NCBI GenBank assembly: GCA_039804105.1
Contig: JBDRZU010000001.1
Span: forward strand, 704,001-768,000
From: a candidate division WOR-3 bacterium
GTDB taxonomy: Bacteria; Hydrothermota; 32-111
Direction: 5' to 3'
Length of the DNA: 64,000 nt
Below are positions 29,638-38,655 of the stretch, one piece after another. Position 1 is the first letter of the stretch; the number at the start of each line of letters is the position of its first letter. The notes under the pieces are model-generated. The model did no database searches. It was not told where the DNA came from and saw only the letters and a program-made list of their open reading frames with translations. Made by a program: the position numbers and the translations under genes.

Positions 29638-30023
29638 TTTGCCCCTCCTTTGTGAGGTTTAACAACATTGTAGAATTTTAAACTTCCGATAAGGGAAAGG
29701 ACTCCTGAAAGGAAAAAGAAAAAGTATCCGATCCATGTCTGGATATCTGTCATTTTCAAATTTCCAACTATGATCAAACTGTATGCCTGAATCATCGCAT
29801 AAACTATTATTCCAGTAGGTGATATCATTATAAACTGCCAGTCAGTTTTCTTATGCAAAACCTTTTCATATCTTTGTGCAATTATGCCAACAAGAAAAAG
29901 AGAAAACCAAAGAAGAACAGCACCTAAAATTGTAAGAACACTTGATAACATTTTTGAATCTGTGACATATTTGGGGATTCCGGTTTGAGTTATAGAAACA
30001 AGTTCAAAAAATTTTAACACCAT
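29634..30023 (-). CDS. Small 3-TM hypothetical membrane protein
   Basis: Three hydrophobic segments, GGAGG RBS. Confidence 0.7.
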   Translation of the reverse strand: MVLKFFELVSITQTGIPKYVTDSKMLSSVLTILGAVLLWFSLFLVGIIAQRYEKVLHKKTDWQFIMISPTGIIVYAMIQAYSLIIVGNLKMTDIQTWIGYFFFFLSGVLSLIGSLKFYNVVKPHKGGAK

Positions 30024-30033
30024 ATCTCCTCCA

Positions 30034-30711
30034 TTATTTCAAACTTTGTAAAATTTTTTCAACCATCTTCTGTGATTGGCTTGGACCTATGATCATCGAT
30101 GATGCCTTCGAAAATCTTTTCAAAAATTCATCGAGTTTATTCTGATTGAGATTTTTTATATCAAGTTTCATCTCTGTAATAATATTGTTGATTATGTCAT
30201 CAGCAAAATCTTCAAGGAACTCTGCTGCAATTTTTTTAATCTTGTTAAAAGATTGATCATCTATTTTTAAAGTTGGAACACTCTCCTCTTTTTCGACAGT
30301 TTTTTCTTTTACATCTTCTTTTACCGGTTGTGCAGGTTTGATCACTATCTTTTTCTTATCTTTTAAAGCGACTTTTACTTTCCCTTCCTTTTCCTCTTCA
30401 ACAACCTCTTTTTCTGCGATTTCTGCAAAATCTATACTATCAACTGAAACATTTTTGTTAACTATGATTCCAAAAAAAGAATTGTTTTTTTGAAAAAATA
30501 CTATTTTTTTATTTTCATTCTGAAATTCAATTTTTTCAACTCTCGAAACATTTGCAGCATCAAGAGATTGTTTCAATACAACTATCACCTGTTTTACAAC
30601 ATCATCAGTATATCCAACGATTCCGGTCTTTGAAATCGTTTCGTTTTCATTTGAGAACACGAAATCAGCGTTGAATTTTTCCCTTATTTTCTCAATATTG
30701 TACCCCATCAC
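30034..30711 (-). CDS. Hypothetical protein (possible degenerate roadblock-like N-domain, charged linker, helical C-domain)
   Basis: ORF with RBS. Architecture parallels the neighbour at 30719. Confidence 0.6.
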   Translation of the reverse strand: MMGYNIEKIREKFNADFVFSNENETISKTGIVGYTDDVVKQVIVVLKQSLDAANVSRVEKIEFQNENKKIVFFQKNNSFFGIIVNKNVSVDSIDFAEIAEKEVVEEEKEGKVKVALKDKKKIVIKPAQPVKEDVKEKTVEKEESVPTLKIDDQSFNKIKKIAAEFLEDFADDIINNIITEMKLDIKNLNQNKLDEFLKRFSKASSMIIGPSQSQKMVEKILQSLK

Positions 30712-30718
30712 TTCCCCC

Positions 30719-31489
30719 TTACCTTTTACTCAATTTTTCAATAACATTCTGAACCATCTTTTTTGCTTCAGATGCTCCATAAACCTCAACCGCTTTTTTA
30801 CAAACTCCATCGATCAAAACTTTTGTTGTTCTCTGGATATCATCTCTACTGATCTCAACAGGAACTACATCCTTTACATCAATTTTATCTTTGATATCGA
30901 GTGCTTTTTCAAGAATATCAACACTTGAAAGGTTTTCTTTAATGAAATTGTTCCAGATCTTTCGATCTCCACCTTGTGAAAACTCATCCACAAGATAGTT
31001 CAACTGTAAAACTTTTGAAATTAAAAGTTTCCTTTCAATTTCACCTAATCTGTTGACTTCCTGTGTTTGAAATTCCTGTTTGGGTGAATTAAAGGTTTGC
31101 TCAACAACTGGTTCTTTTATAGGTTCACTTTCAACTATCTTTGGCTCCTCAACTATTTTTGTAGTTTCAAAAATATTTTTGAATTCATTGTAAAACTTAT
31201 CGATTTCAACTTCCCCATTGATTTTAAAAAGTAGAAACTCACTTTTCTGAGAAATTAGAATAAGATTGTTACCATCAACTTTCATAAAGGAAATCAAAGG
31301 ATAGTTCATCTGAAACTTTTTAAATATAACATCACCAGCAGAACCAAGAAATGCTCCAATATCACCAAGATTTGCTGGTTGTTCTCCGAATTTTTCAAGT
31401 ACCGTCCCATCCTCTTTGTTCAACCTCATAGCCCCAAATATGGGAACAAGGTTCTTCAATTTTTCAACTATTTCAGAAAGTCCCATCAC
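30719..31489 (-). CDS. Hypothetical protein with roadblock/LC7-like N-domain
   Basis: 'LSEIVEKLKNLVPIFGAMRLNKEDGTVLE...DIGAFLGS' resembles a roadblock fold start. Confidence 0.6.
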   Translation of the reverse strand: MMGLSEIVEKLKNLVPIFGAMRLNKEDGTVLEKFGEQPANLGDIGAFLGSAGDVIFKKFQMNYPLISFMKVDGNNLILISQKSEFLLFKINGEVEIDKFYNEFKNIFETTKIVEEPKIVESEPIKEPVVEQTFNSPKQEFQTQEVNRLGEIERKLLISKVLQLNYLVDEFSQGGDRKIWNNFIKENLSSVDILEKALDIKDKIDVKDVVPVEISRDDIQRTTKVLIDGVCKKAVEVYGASEAKKMVQNVIEKLSKR

Positions 31490-32366
31490 TCACCCCTTCT
31501 TTATTTAAAAGTTCCCTGTATTTTTTCTTTGCTATCATACCACCAAGTTCTTCGATACCTTTTTCAAGGACCTTTTCAAAAAGAATTTTTTTCATATTTC
31601 TAATCTTCGCTTCATCCAAAAATCTGTCAGCACTTTCATCTATTTCAATCGTTTCATCTTTAAATTTTAAAAGACCTCCAATAGTTTCGAATCCAGAATT
31701 TGTTAAAACGTCTACTATGAAATGGAACCAATCCTTTGTGTTTGTGTTTTTGACTGCAAAAGTATCAAGGATATTGTTTAAACTTTGTTTGAATTCGTTC
31801 CTGATCTTTTCGACAAACGATTTATCAAAGATGAGTCCTTTTGAGATTAAATACTCGAGAGATTTATACGATTCAAGCAGAGGGAGATTGCTTTCCTTGA
31901 TTATTGTTCTTATATTCTTTTTACCATCAACTATTCTTATTATAACCCAATCAGTTTTTCTTAAACTTATATTATCCCCAAGCCCTTCAGCCCTTTTTTC
32001 AAGAACAGCATCAAATGATGGTAACCTTTTGAGTATATCATCGAATTCCATCCTTCTTTTTTCTATCTGATCCATCAAGGATGATGTATTCGACTGTGTA
32101 ATTGATACTTCATCTGTTGTTTCCCCATTTCTATACATAACAGTCCCAATCTTCTCAATAGAAAGGTTGTACAATGCCTCTTCGCCTGTAAAAGAGTTGT
32201 AAACAGCATGCTTTGGTAAACCTTTTTCAAAAAATATTTTTCCCTCTTTATTATCAATCTGAAAAATCAAAACACCTGTTCTCTCCCTCGATGATATCAA
32301 ACTTATAAATTCAACTGGACTGAAGATTTCAAGATTCGCTTTTAAATCTACCTTTTCTTTATCCAT
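31473..32366 (-). CDS. DUF4388 (PATAN-like) domain protein
   Basis: LKANLEIFSPVEFISLI...TGVL...GKIFFEKG...A......GEEAL, then a winged-helix-like 'W.IIRIVDGKKNIR.I'. Confidence 0.8.
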   Translation of the reverse strand: MDKEKVDLKANLEIFSPVEFISLISSRERTGVLIFQIDNKEGKIFFEKGLPKHAVYNSFTGEEALYNLSIEKIGTVMYRNGETTDEVSITQSNTSSLMDQIEKRRMEFDDILKRLPSFDAVLEKRAEGLGDNISLRKTDWVIIRIVDGKKNIRTIIKESNLPLLESYKSLEYLISKGLIFDKSFVEKIRNEFKQSLNNILDTFAVKNTNTKDWFHFIVDVLTNSGFETIGGLLKFKDETIEIDESADRFLDEAKIRNMKKILFEKVLEKGIEELGGMIAKKKYRELLNKEGVSDGTF

Positions 32367-33094
32367 TCCTCATCCTTATATTTTTGAATTAAATTCTGCA
32401 ACTTTTCATCTTCAAAATCTAATTCAACTTCTTCCCATTCAAAATCTAACTCCCTAAAAAAAATTTTATAAAACACAGAAGATATATTTTCGATATTATA
32501 AGTTAAACCTGTTAAATTTTCAATATTGTTTGAAAAATTTTTTCCATAAATTTTTTCCTGCGGAACAATACTCTCTTTTACAAGAATCGTTCCCTGTTGT
32601 AAAAAATTTGTTTCTGAGAATGTTTGTGCACTTCCAACAATCTTTTCTCCTTTGTAACTGATCTCATAAACCGATTGAGATCCAAAACAGTTTGCGATAA
32701 AGTTTTCCTTTTTTTCTCCCTGTGTTAGTTTCGCATCTATTTTTAACTCTTTAAAACCTTTGATAAAAATTTCTGCTATCCTTTTATACCTGTCTAAAAG
32801 TCCATAATTTTTTCCAAAATGTTCAATGTTTCCAACAAAGGAATATGTCAGATCACCACTATGAAGAACTGCCCTTCCACCCGTTATCCTTCGTGTGATA
32901 TCAATCTTTTCCTTTATAACATAATCATAATCGATACCAACATTGTACCTCTGATTGTATCCTATCGTTATTGAAGGTTTTGAAAATGAATAGAATCTAA
33001 AAAATATTGTATCAATATTTTTATAAGCCCATTCATCTATAGCCATATTTGTATAAACATCAAAAGCAGAGTAATTCAAAAAATAACCTTTCAT
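32348..33094 (-). CDS. Lipoate-protein ligase A / LipM-type octanoyltransferase family
   Basis: NMAIDE, RFYSF..PSITIGYNQ, RRITGGRAVLH..DLTYS, KIVGSAQ, LQQGT. Confidence 0.9.
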   Translation of the reverse strand: MKGYFLNYSAFDVYTNMAIDEWAYKNIDTIFFRFYSFSKPSITIGYNQRYNVGIDYDYVIKEKIDITRRITGGRAVLHSGDLTYSFVGNIEHFGKNYGLLDRYKRIAEIFIKGFKELKIDAKLTQGEKKENFIANCFGSQSVYEISYKGEKIVGSAQTFSETNFLQQGTILVKESIVPQEKIYGKNFSNNIENLTGLTYNIENISSVFYKIFFRELDFEWEEVELDFEDEKLQNLIQKYKDEEWIKKR

Positions 33095-33708
33095 TTTAAA
33101 ATTTTAAGCCAATCAGATAAAAGGAAATAGATTCTTCCAATAAGAAGTGAAATACGTGCCATCACAGTATAACCAAAAGATGCACCGAATGCAACCATGA
33201 TAAAGGTTATTCCTATTTTTGATCCCCATTTTAAAACACCTTTCTGTTCTTTTGAAAAATAGAAATAGATGAGTGTTGTTAAAACTCCAAAAATTATCAA
33301 AAAATTGTTAAAAGTTTCGAAATTGAAACCTGTTATCGTAACAAGTGTTGCTTGAACCTGTGGAAGTATAAATCCCTGTATCGCACCTGTAACACCAAGT
33401 CCAGCTCCAATACCAACTGTAAAAGCGATAGACCATCTTGAAAGCCAAGCAATATTAGGGAACCATCTAGTTAACATGATTATTCCAAAAAATGCAGGAA
33501 TCAACAGAATAAACTCTTTGTTTTTTATCATCGGATCAAGAAGCATTGGTTGTATAACATAAGCCCAAGTATAGATAAGCCAATATCCAGCTGTTATCCC
33601 AACATAGAGATGCTCTGCAAATTTATAGAAAGGGTTATCCTTATACAGAAAAGAATATATAAAAAGGGTCAAACCAGCAGCTATCCATATTCCAATGGTC
33701 GTTCCCAT
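33091..33708 (-). CDS. Uncharacterised multi-TM membrane protein (module subunit D, copy 2)
   Basis: YSFLYKDNPFYKFAE...MVAFGA.FGYT.MAR.SL.IGR, paralog of 36502..37107. Confidence 0.8.
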   Translation of the reverse strand: MGTTIGIWIAAGLTLFIYSFLYKDNPFYKFAEHLYVGITAGYWLIYTWAYVIQPMLLDPMIKNKEFILLIPAFFGIIMLTRWFPNIAWLSRWSIAFTVGIGAGLGVTGAIQGFILPQVQATLVTITGFNFETFNNFLIIFGVLTTLIYFYFSKEQKGVLKWGSKIGITFIMVAFGASFGYTVMARISLLIGRIYFLLSDWLKILK

Positions 33709-34544
33709 TATTTTCCTCCTTCTTTACTTTTTGTTCTCTTCTCTATGAAATACGCTATATTTCCTAAAATGATGAAAAGTATTATAACAAGATGAGAATA
33801 TGATTGCGATGCCATTCCAGCAACAGCAATATCAGGTTTACCAACAAGCACTTCATATTCAGCAGCTCCCTTCATTCCACCGACAAGTCCAACGATCTGG
33901 CCTGACTGATAGAAATAGTAAGCATCTGGAGCAGAAACAGCATTTAAAGCGAGTGCTATTTTCTGTTTGAATCTTCCTCCAGCATATTCGATCCAGACAA
34001 GATATGTTGCTCCTGCCTCAAGACCAACAAGAAGTGCTATATCGTTATAGTTATGCACATTCTTCATCATCGGGAAAGAATCGAGTGGAACATTTCGATA
34101 ATCAACTTTGAAATAATCTCTTATTTCCTTTCCAATTCCAACAATCTGTGCAACATATCCGGGTCTATAACCAAGGTTAATATAATCGACTCCATAAACA
34201 GCACCCATCTCCTTAGCAATCTTTTCAAGACCCATAGTTCCAAGGGGTGCTCCCAACTGCCATTGGACTATTAGTATAGGTTTCAGTTTATTTCTAAAAA
34301 GTTGTCTTAAAAGTGCTTCTAAAAATGGTTGTTGTTCAGGCATCGATGCTGCATCATAATCAATAGATATCATCACATTGCTACCTTCTGGTAAATTTTC
34401 GATATAATCATAAACATCCTTAACAGGTTTTGATGGAACAACTGGAAATTTTGGTTTCAAAAGTAAAGGAAGAATAACAACAATTGCAATGAATATATAT
34501 ATGAATCTTCTATCGACCTTTAAAAGTTTTAAAAAGATATTCAT
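33708..34544 (-). CDS. Uncharacterised TM-alpha/beta-TM protein (module subunit C, copy 2)
   Basis: GG.KGAAEYE, QS..H..II.FIILGNIAYF, paralog of 37107..37973. Confidence 0.8.
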   Translation of the reverse strand: MNIFLKLLKVDRRFIYIFIAIVVILPLLLKPKFPVVPSKPVKDVYDYIENLPEGSNVMISIDYDAASMPEQQPFLEALLRQLFRNKLKPILIVQWQLGAPLGTMGLEKIAKEMGAVYGVDYINLGYRPGYVAQIVGIGKEIRDYFKVDYRNVPLDSFPMMKNVHNYNDIALLVGLEAGATYLVWIEYAGGRFKQKIALALNAVSAPDAYYFYQSGQIVGLVGGMKGAAEYEVLVGKPDIAVAGMASQSYSHLVIILFIILGNIAYFIEKRTKSKEGGK

Positions 34545-34553
34545 AATGACTCC

Positions 34554-35192
34554 TTATGAAAGATAACTTCTTTCAATACCTAAAATTATTCTTATTGAAA
34601 CACCCAAAGCACCGAGAGAAATTCCAAGTCCAATTCCTCTTTTTGCAGCCATCTGCGGAACCTGCATGATCCATTCCGTGAACTTTGGAAGATAAGGTGA
34701 AATCTGTTCTCCCAGAGGAACTCTTCCAAGCATAACTATTATCGCTGTTATCAGAAGAAGTGTAGCATCAAAATTTCTCGCTCTAAAAGCTCTATATGCA
34801 GCTGATGCTATAAAGAATGCAAGAAGAGAAAACATAGTTGCCTGAAGTGGAACTATAAAATAGTTGTATATGTATGTAAAATATGACTTATCATCAAACG
34901 CTGTTCCAAACCTGACAGTTTCAACTATTCCAACAACAACTGTAGCAACAAAACCAAAAATCAACACAAGAGAAAAAAACCAGTTCTCATCTTTTCTTTT
35001 GACTTTTCTAAAATGCATCCCTATCAAAGAATCAACTCCAAGAAGCATTGTAAAACCTGCTATTATCGAATACCAGTTCAAAGAAATTTTTTCTATGTCA
35101 CCAAAAGGTTTATGTGGAATAAAAAAAGAAACTATCATAATCATACCAACAAGAAAGGTTATAAAAATCGGTATACCTTTTCCTTTTAACAT
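34554..35192 (-). CDS. Uncharacterised multi-TM membrane protein (module subunit B, copy 2)
   Basis: FSLLAF..ASAA.R.FRAR.FDATLLL...LGRVPLGE...IILGIER.YL, paralog of 37970..38647. Confidence 0.8.
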   Translation of the reverse strand: MLKGKGIPIFITFLVGMIMIVSFFIPHKPFGDIEKISLNWYSIIAGFTMLLGVDSLIGMHFRKVKRKDENWFFSLVLIFGFVATVVVGIVETVRFGTAFDDKSYFTYIYNYFIVPLQATMFSLLAFFIASAAYRAFRARNFDATLLLITAIIVMLGRVPLGEQISPYLPKFTEWIMQVPQMAAKRGIGLGISLGALGVSIRIILGIERSYLS

Positions 35193-35203
35193 TTATCCTC
35201 CTA

Positions 35204-36493
35204 CTAAACCTGTAACAAGTTTATCAACCAATCGAATAGATTTTTTATTATTTCAATCCTCAACCCATATCCTAAAACTGAAAAAACAAAACCTATTATG
35301 ATCAAAAACATTATAAAAACTTTTAAAAGATCTTCTGCTGCTATTGAACCAAGCATCATCGGCTCTTTCTGCAAATAAACTGATGCAGCCATCATCTCTT
35401 CACCTATAAGAGTGTAATCACAAGCTGCTACAAAGAATGGTAACTGTGCTGTTTCAGTTGTTCCAGATATCTGAATCGCTCCTATCGAATGCCCGGTTTC
35501 AGCAAGGATCAAAGATTCCGCAAAGAAAAGACCCTGTAAAAATACAGCACCAGGTTTTTCTCTCATCATCATACCATCAACTCCTGCAGCGTATCCAAAT
35601 TGATCCTGAGTTATATACATTATATCGTTTTTATTGTATAGATCTGGTCTCCCAGCCTCAGTAAATGCCTCCTTCACAACTTCCTGTGCTGTTGTCATAA
35701 CAACTGGATCATATGATGGAACAAGAATCCTCGTTTCATAATCAGCAACCTTTTTCGCTACTCTTCCAAGTATCGTTAGACCTGCTATAGTGGGTATATC
35801 TGTGACATATCCTATTCCAAGAATATACATTATAGGTTTTCCCATTTCAGTACTTCTTCCAACTGCCTCTTCAACAGCATCAAGTCCGTTTATTTTTCTT
35901 ATATAAAGATCTTTTCCACTCTTTGCAAGATTCAAATAGTATAAGAAAACAAAAGCGATTATGATCAAAGAAACCAGAACAGGTATCCTAGAAAGGTTAA
36001 ACCATGATGATTTTGAAAATATTGCTTCTGTTTCTCCTGTTATGTAAAAAGTATCGTTTCCAAAAATATATACACCATTTTTCGAATATTCTGATCCGTT
36101 TGAAATCAATTTGTTTAAAAACTCTTCGTTGATCATATTTTTACTTAAAATTCCTGTATAGTAATAATTTGTATTATCTTTTACCCTTGAAGGTTCCTCT
36201 TCAGAACTCACATCTCTCACCTGCATTGAAGATACAAGAAGATCAGTTGCAACAACAATAACATTGTTTGAATCATCCCTTCTTAAAACTGTCAAAAACC
36301 AGTTTCCCAAAGTATCGGGGAAACACCAGTTGATCTGGATTCCTCCACCACCATCGTTTGGTATATCGTTCCCTGTAAGTTTAAAATCCAAAAAAGGGTT
36401 TTGATTTTCTAAAAAGATTAAACTATCACTTTCCTGAGAAAAGAGTAAAATTGAAAAAACTAAAAAAATCAAAAGAAGGGTTTTTTTTAACAC
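35204..36493 (-). CDS. DUF6754-like membrane-anchored protein (module subunit A, copy 2)
   Basis: Signal peptide, extracytoplasmic domain, TM, IRKINGLDAVEEAVGRSTEMG...AESLILAE...QLPFF...DYTLIGEE. Confidence 0.75.
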   Translation of the reverse strand: MLKKTLLLIFLVFSILLFSQESDSLIFLENQNPFLDFKLTGNDIPNDGGGGIQINWCFPDTLGNWFLTVLRRDDSNNVIVVATDLLVSSMQVRDVSSEEEPSRVKDNTNYYYTGILSKNMINEEFLNKLISNGSEYSKNGVYIFGNDTFYITGETEAIFSKSSWFNLSRIPVLVSLIIIAFVFLYYLNLAKSGKDLYIRKINGLDAVEEAVGRSTEMGKPIMYILGIGYVTDIPTIAGLTILGRVAKKVADYETRILVPSYDPVVMTTAQEVVKEAFTEAGRPDLYNKNDIMYITQDQFGYAAGVDGMMMREKPGAVFLQGLFFAESLILAETGHSIGAIQISGTTETAQLPFFVAACDYTLIGEEMMAASVYLQKEPMMLGSIAAEDLLKVFIMFLIIIGFVFSVLGYGLRIEIIKNLFDWLINLLQV

Positions 36494-36501
36494 CTCTCCT
36501 C

Positions 36502-37107
36502 CTATTTAATAATTCCAAGCCAATCGGACAGAAGAAACTGTATTCTACCGATGAAAAGGGAAACTCTCGCCATAATAGTGTATCCGAACGCTGCACCAAA
36601 TGCAACCATTATGAATGTGATTCCAGCTTTCGAAACCTTTCCAATAAAACCTTTATGTTCGAGTGAAAAGAAAAAATAAACAAGAGTTGAAATAACTCCA
36701 ACAACTATGATCAAACTTCCAATATCAAGTTTTAATGGCATTGTGGCATAAATCTGTTTAAAAAGAAATTCAAAAGAGGATGGAACGGAAAGCCCTGTTC
36801 CAGCACCAACAACAAAAGCTATTGGTATTCTTGAAAGATATGCAACATTTTTGAAAAATCTTGAAAACATCAAAAGACCTAAAACAAGTGGTATCAGAAC
36901 AAGAAAATTTTTATCATAAACAAGTGGATTGAAAACTTTTGTGATTATCGTGTTATGCCAGTAAACCGATATTCCATAACCTATAGAGATTCCAACAAGA
37001 AGGTATTCTGCAAACTTATAGAAAGGATTATCTTTATATAAAAATGAATAGATTGCAAGAGTGAGTAATGCAGCTATCCATACCCAGAAATTCGTTGATA
37101 TAGCCAT
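36502..37107 (-). CDS. Uncharacterised multi-TM membrane protein (module subunit D, copy 1)
   Basis: Paralog of 33091..33708. Confidence 0.8.
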   Translation of the reverse strand: MAISTNFWVWIAALLTLAIYSFLYKDNPFYKFAEYLLVGISIGYGISVYWHNTIITKVFNPLVYDKNFLVLIPLVLGLLMFSRFFKNVAYLSRIPIAFVVGAGTGLSVPSSFEFLFKQIYATMPLKLDIGSLIIVVGVISTLVYFFFSLEHKGFIGKVSKAGITFIMVAFGAAFGYTIMARVSLFIGRIQFLLSDWLGIIK

Positions 37108-37973
37108 TATTTACCCTCCTTTTTTTTCTTAACAAAATATGCTATGTTACCAAGGATTATTAAAATTATAAAGAATATATGTGCTGAGGATTGAGCATCC
37201 ATTCCTATTGAAGCATCCTTTCTGCCACCATAAACATTCTTCTTATCAAGTAAATGTTCATACTCAGCAGCACCTTTAAGACCACCAAGCATTCCTATCG
37301 CCTGTTTTGATTGAAGATACGAATAATATTCTGCTGCTGAAACTGCTGTTGTTCCTATTCCCATCTTTAAACCATATCTACCGTTGGCATATATAAGCCA
37401 TGTTAAAACAACAGAACTTCCAGCGAGCTCAACCATAAGATTTATATCGTTATAATTTTTTATTCCATTCATTATTTCAAGTTCTGAAAGTTTATTCCCA
37501 TAGCCATCCTCATTGAATGTTTCTATTATATCTTCACCCATTTTCAAAACGACAGCACTTACTCCTGGAACATAAGCAAGAAGTGTAATATCCTTTCCAA
37601 GTTCTTTTGGATTATCAGGATTACTCTTGTTCCACTCTCTTAAAACATTATCTATAGCATCCTGAGCCATTCCAGCACCTTGTGGATAAAGTGTCACAAA
37701 AAGCACCCTTAAATTGTTTGATAGTGCATGTGCTGCAATTACTTTTGCCATCGGATGTAATTCAGCCATAGTTGAAGGATCATAATCAGCACCAATAAGA
37801 ACGACTCCACCTTCTGGAATCGAATCCTCTATGAAATCATAAATCGATTTTACCGGAGGTGTTGTTTTCATTGGAAATCCAACGGGGAATATGAAAGGAA
37901 TGATTATACACAAAGCGAGTACAAGATAGATCCATCTTTTATCAAGATTGTTGATAAAGTTGATAAATTTCAT
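37107..37973 (-). CDS. Uncharacterised TM-alpha/beta-TM protein (module subunit C, copy 1)
   Basis: Start MKFINF (ATGA overlap, GGAGG RBS), paralog of 33708..34544. Confidence 0.8.
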   Translation of the reverse strand: MKFINFINNLDKRWIYLVLALCIIIPFIFPVGFPMKTTPPVKSIYDFIEDSIPEGGVVLIGADYDPSTMAELHPMAKVIAAHALSNNLRVLFVTLYPQGAGMAQDAIDNVLREWNKSNPDNPKELGKDITLLAYVPGVSAVVLKMGEDIIETFNEDGYGNKLSELEIMNGIKNYNDINLMVELAGSSVVLTWLIYANGRYGLKMGIGTTAVSAAEYYSYLQSKQAIGMLGGLKGAAEYEHLLDKKNVYGGRKDASIGMDAQSSAHIFFIILIILGNIAYFVKKKKEGK

Positions 37974-38647
37974 TTTCCACCTCCGAGATATTTCCTTTCG
38001 ATTCCAAGGATTATCTTGATAGAGGTCGCTATGATTCCAAGTTGGACGCCTATGAGTATTCCCCTCTGTGCTGCCATATTTGGATATTTCAAGATCCATT
38101 CAACAACATCTGGAAGTCCTTTATAAATAAATTCTCCAAGTGGTACTCTACCGAGTGTAACTATTCCAGCTGTTACAAGAAGCAAAGTTGCATCAAAACT
38201 TCTCGCTCTAAACGATCTGAAGGCTGCTGATGCCATGTAGAAAGCAAGAAGTGAAAAAATCGTTGATTGCATCGGCATCTGCATATATAGATATGTATAC
38301 ATCAAAGGTGTTGTATCGGATGGTTTTACTGATGGAAAAATTTTCATCCAAAGAGTTGTTGGCATAAATGCACCACCAAATATTCCAAGTACCGCTGTAA
38401 CAAAAAGAGAGGAAAGCACTATTATCGAGTACTGCCAACCTTCAATTCTTCTTTTTATCTTTGTAATATGGAGTTCAACGGTTGATTGAACAGCAATTAA
38501 GTATGTGAATGCAGAAACAATTATCAACCAATCAAGCATCATGTTGTAAAAATTTTTCGATGCTGGATGTGGAACGAAAAATTGCAATATGAGCGCTATA
38601 CCAAATATCGCTGAAACTAAAAGTGGTAATGTTCTTCTTACAAACAT
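37970..38647 (-). CDS. Uncharacterised multi-TM membrane protein (module subunit B, copy 1)
   Basis: Paralog of 34554..35192. Confidence 0.8.
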   Translation of the reverse strand: MFVRRTLPLLVSAIFGIALILQFFVPHPASKNFYNMMLDWLIIVSAFTYLIAVQSTVELHITKIKRRIEGWQYSIIVLSSLFVTAVLGIFGGAFMPTTLWMKIFPSVKPSDTTPLMYTYLYMQMPMQSTIFSLLAFYMASAAFRSFRARSFDATLLLVTAGIVTLGRVPLGEFIYKGLPDVVEWILKYPNMAAQRGILIGVQLGIIATSIKIILGIERKYLGGGK

Positions 38648-38655
38648 ATAAACTC

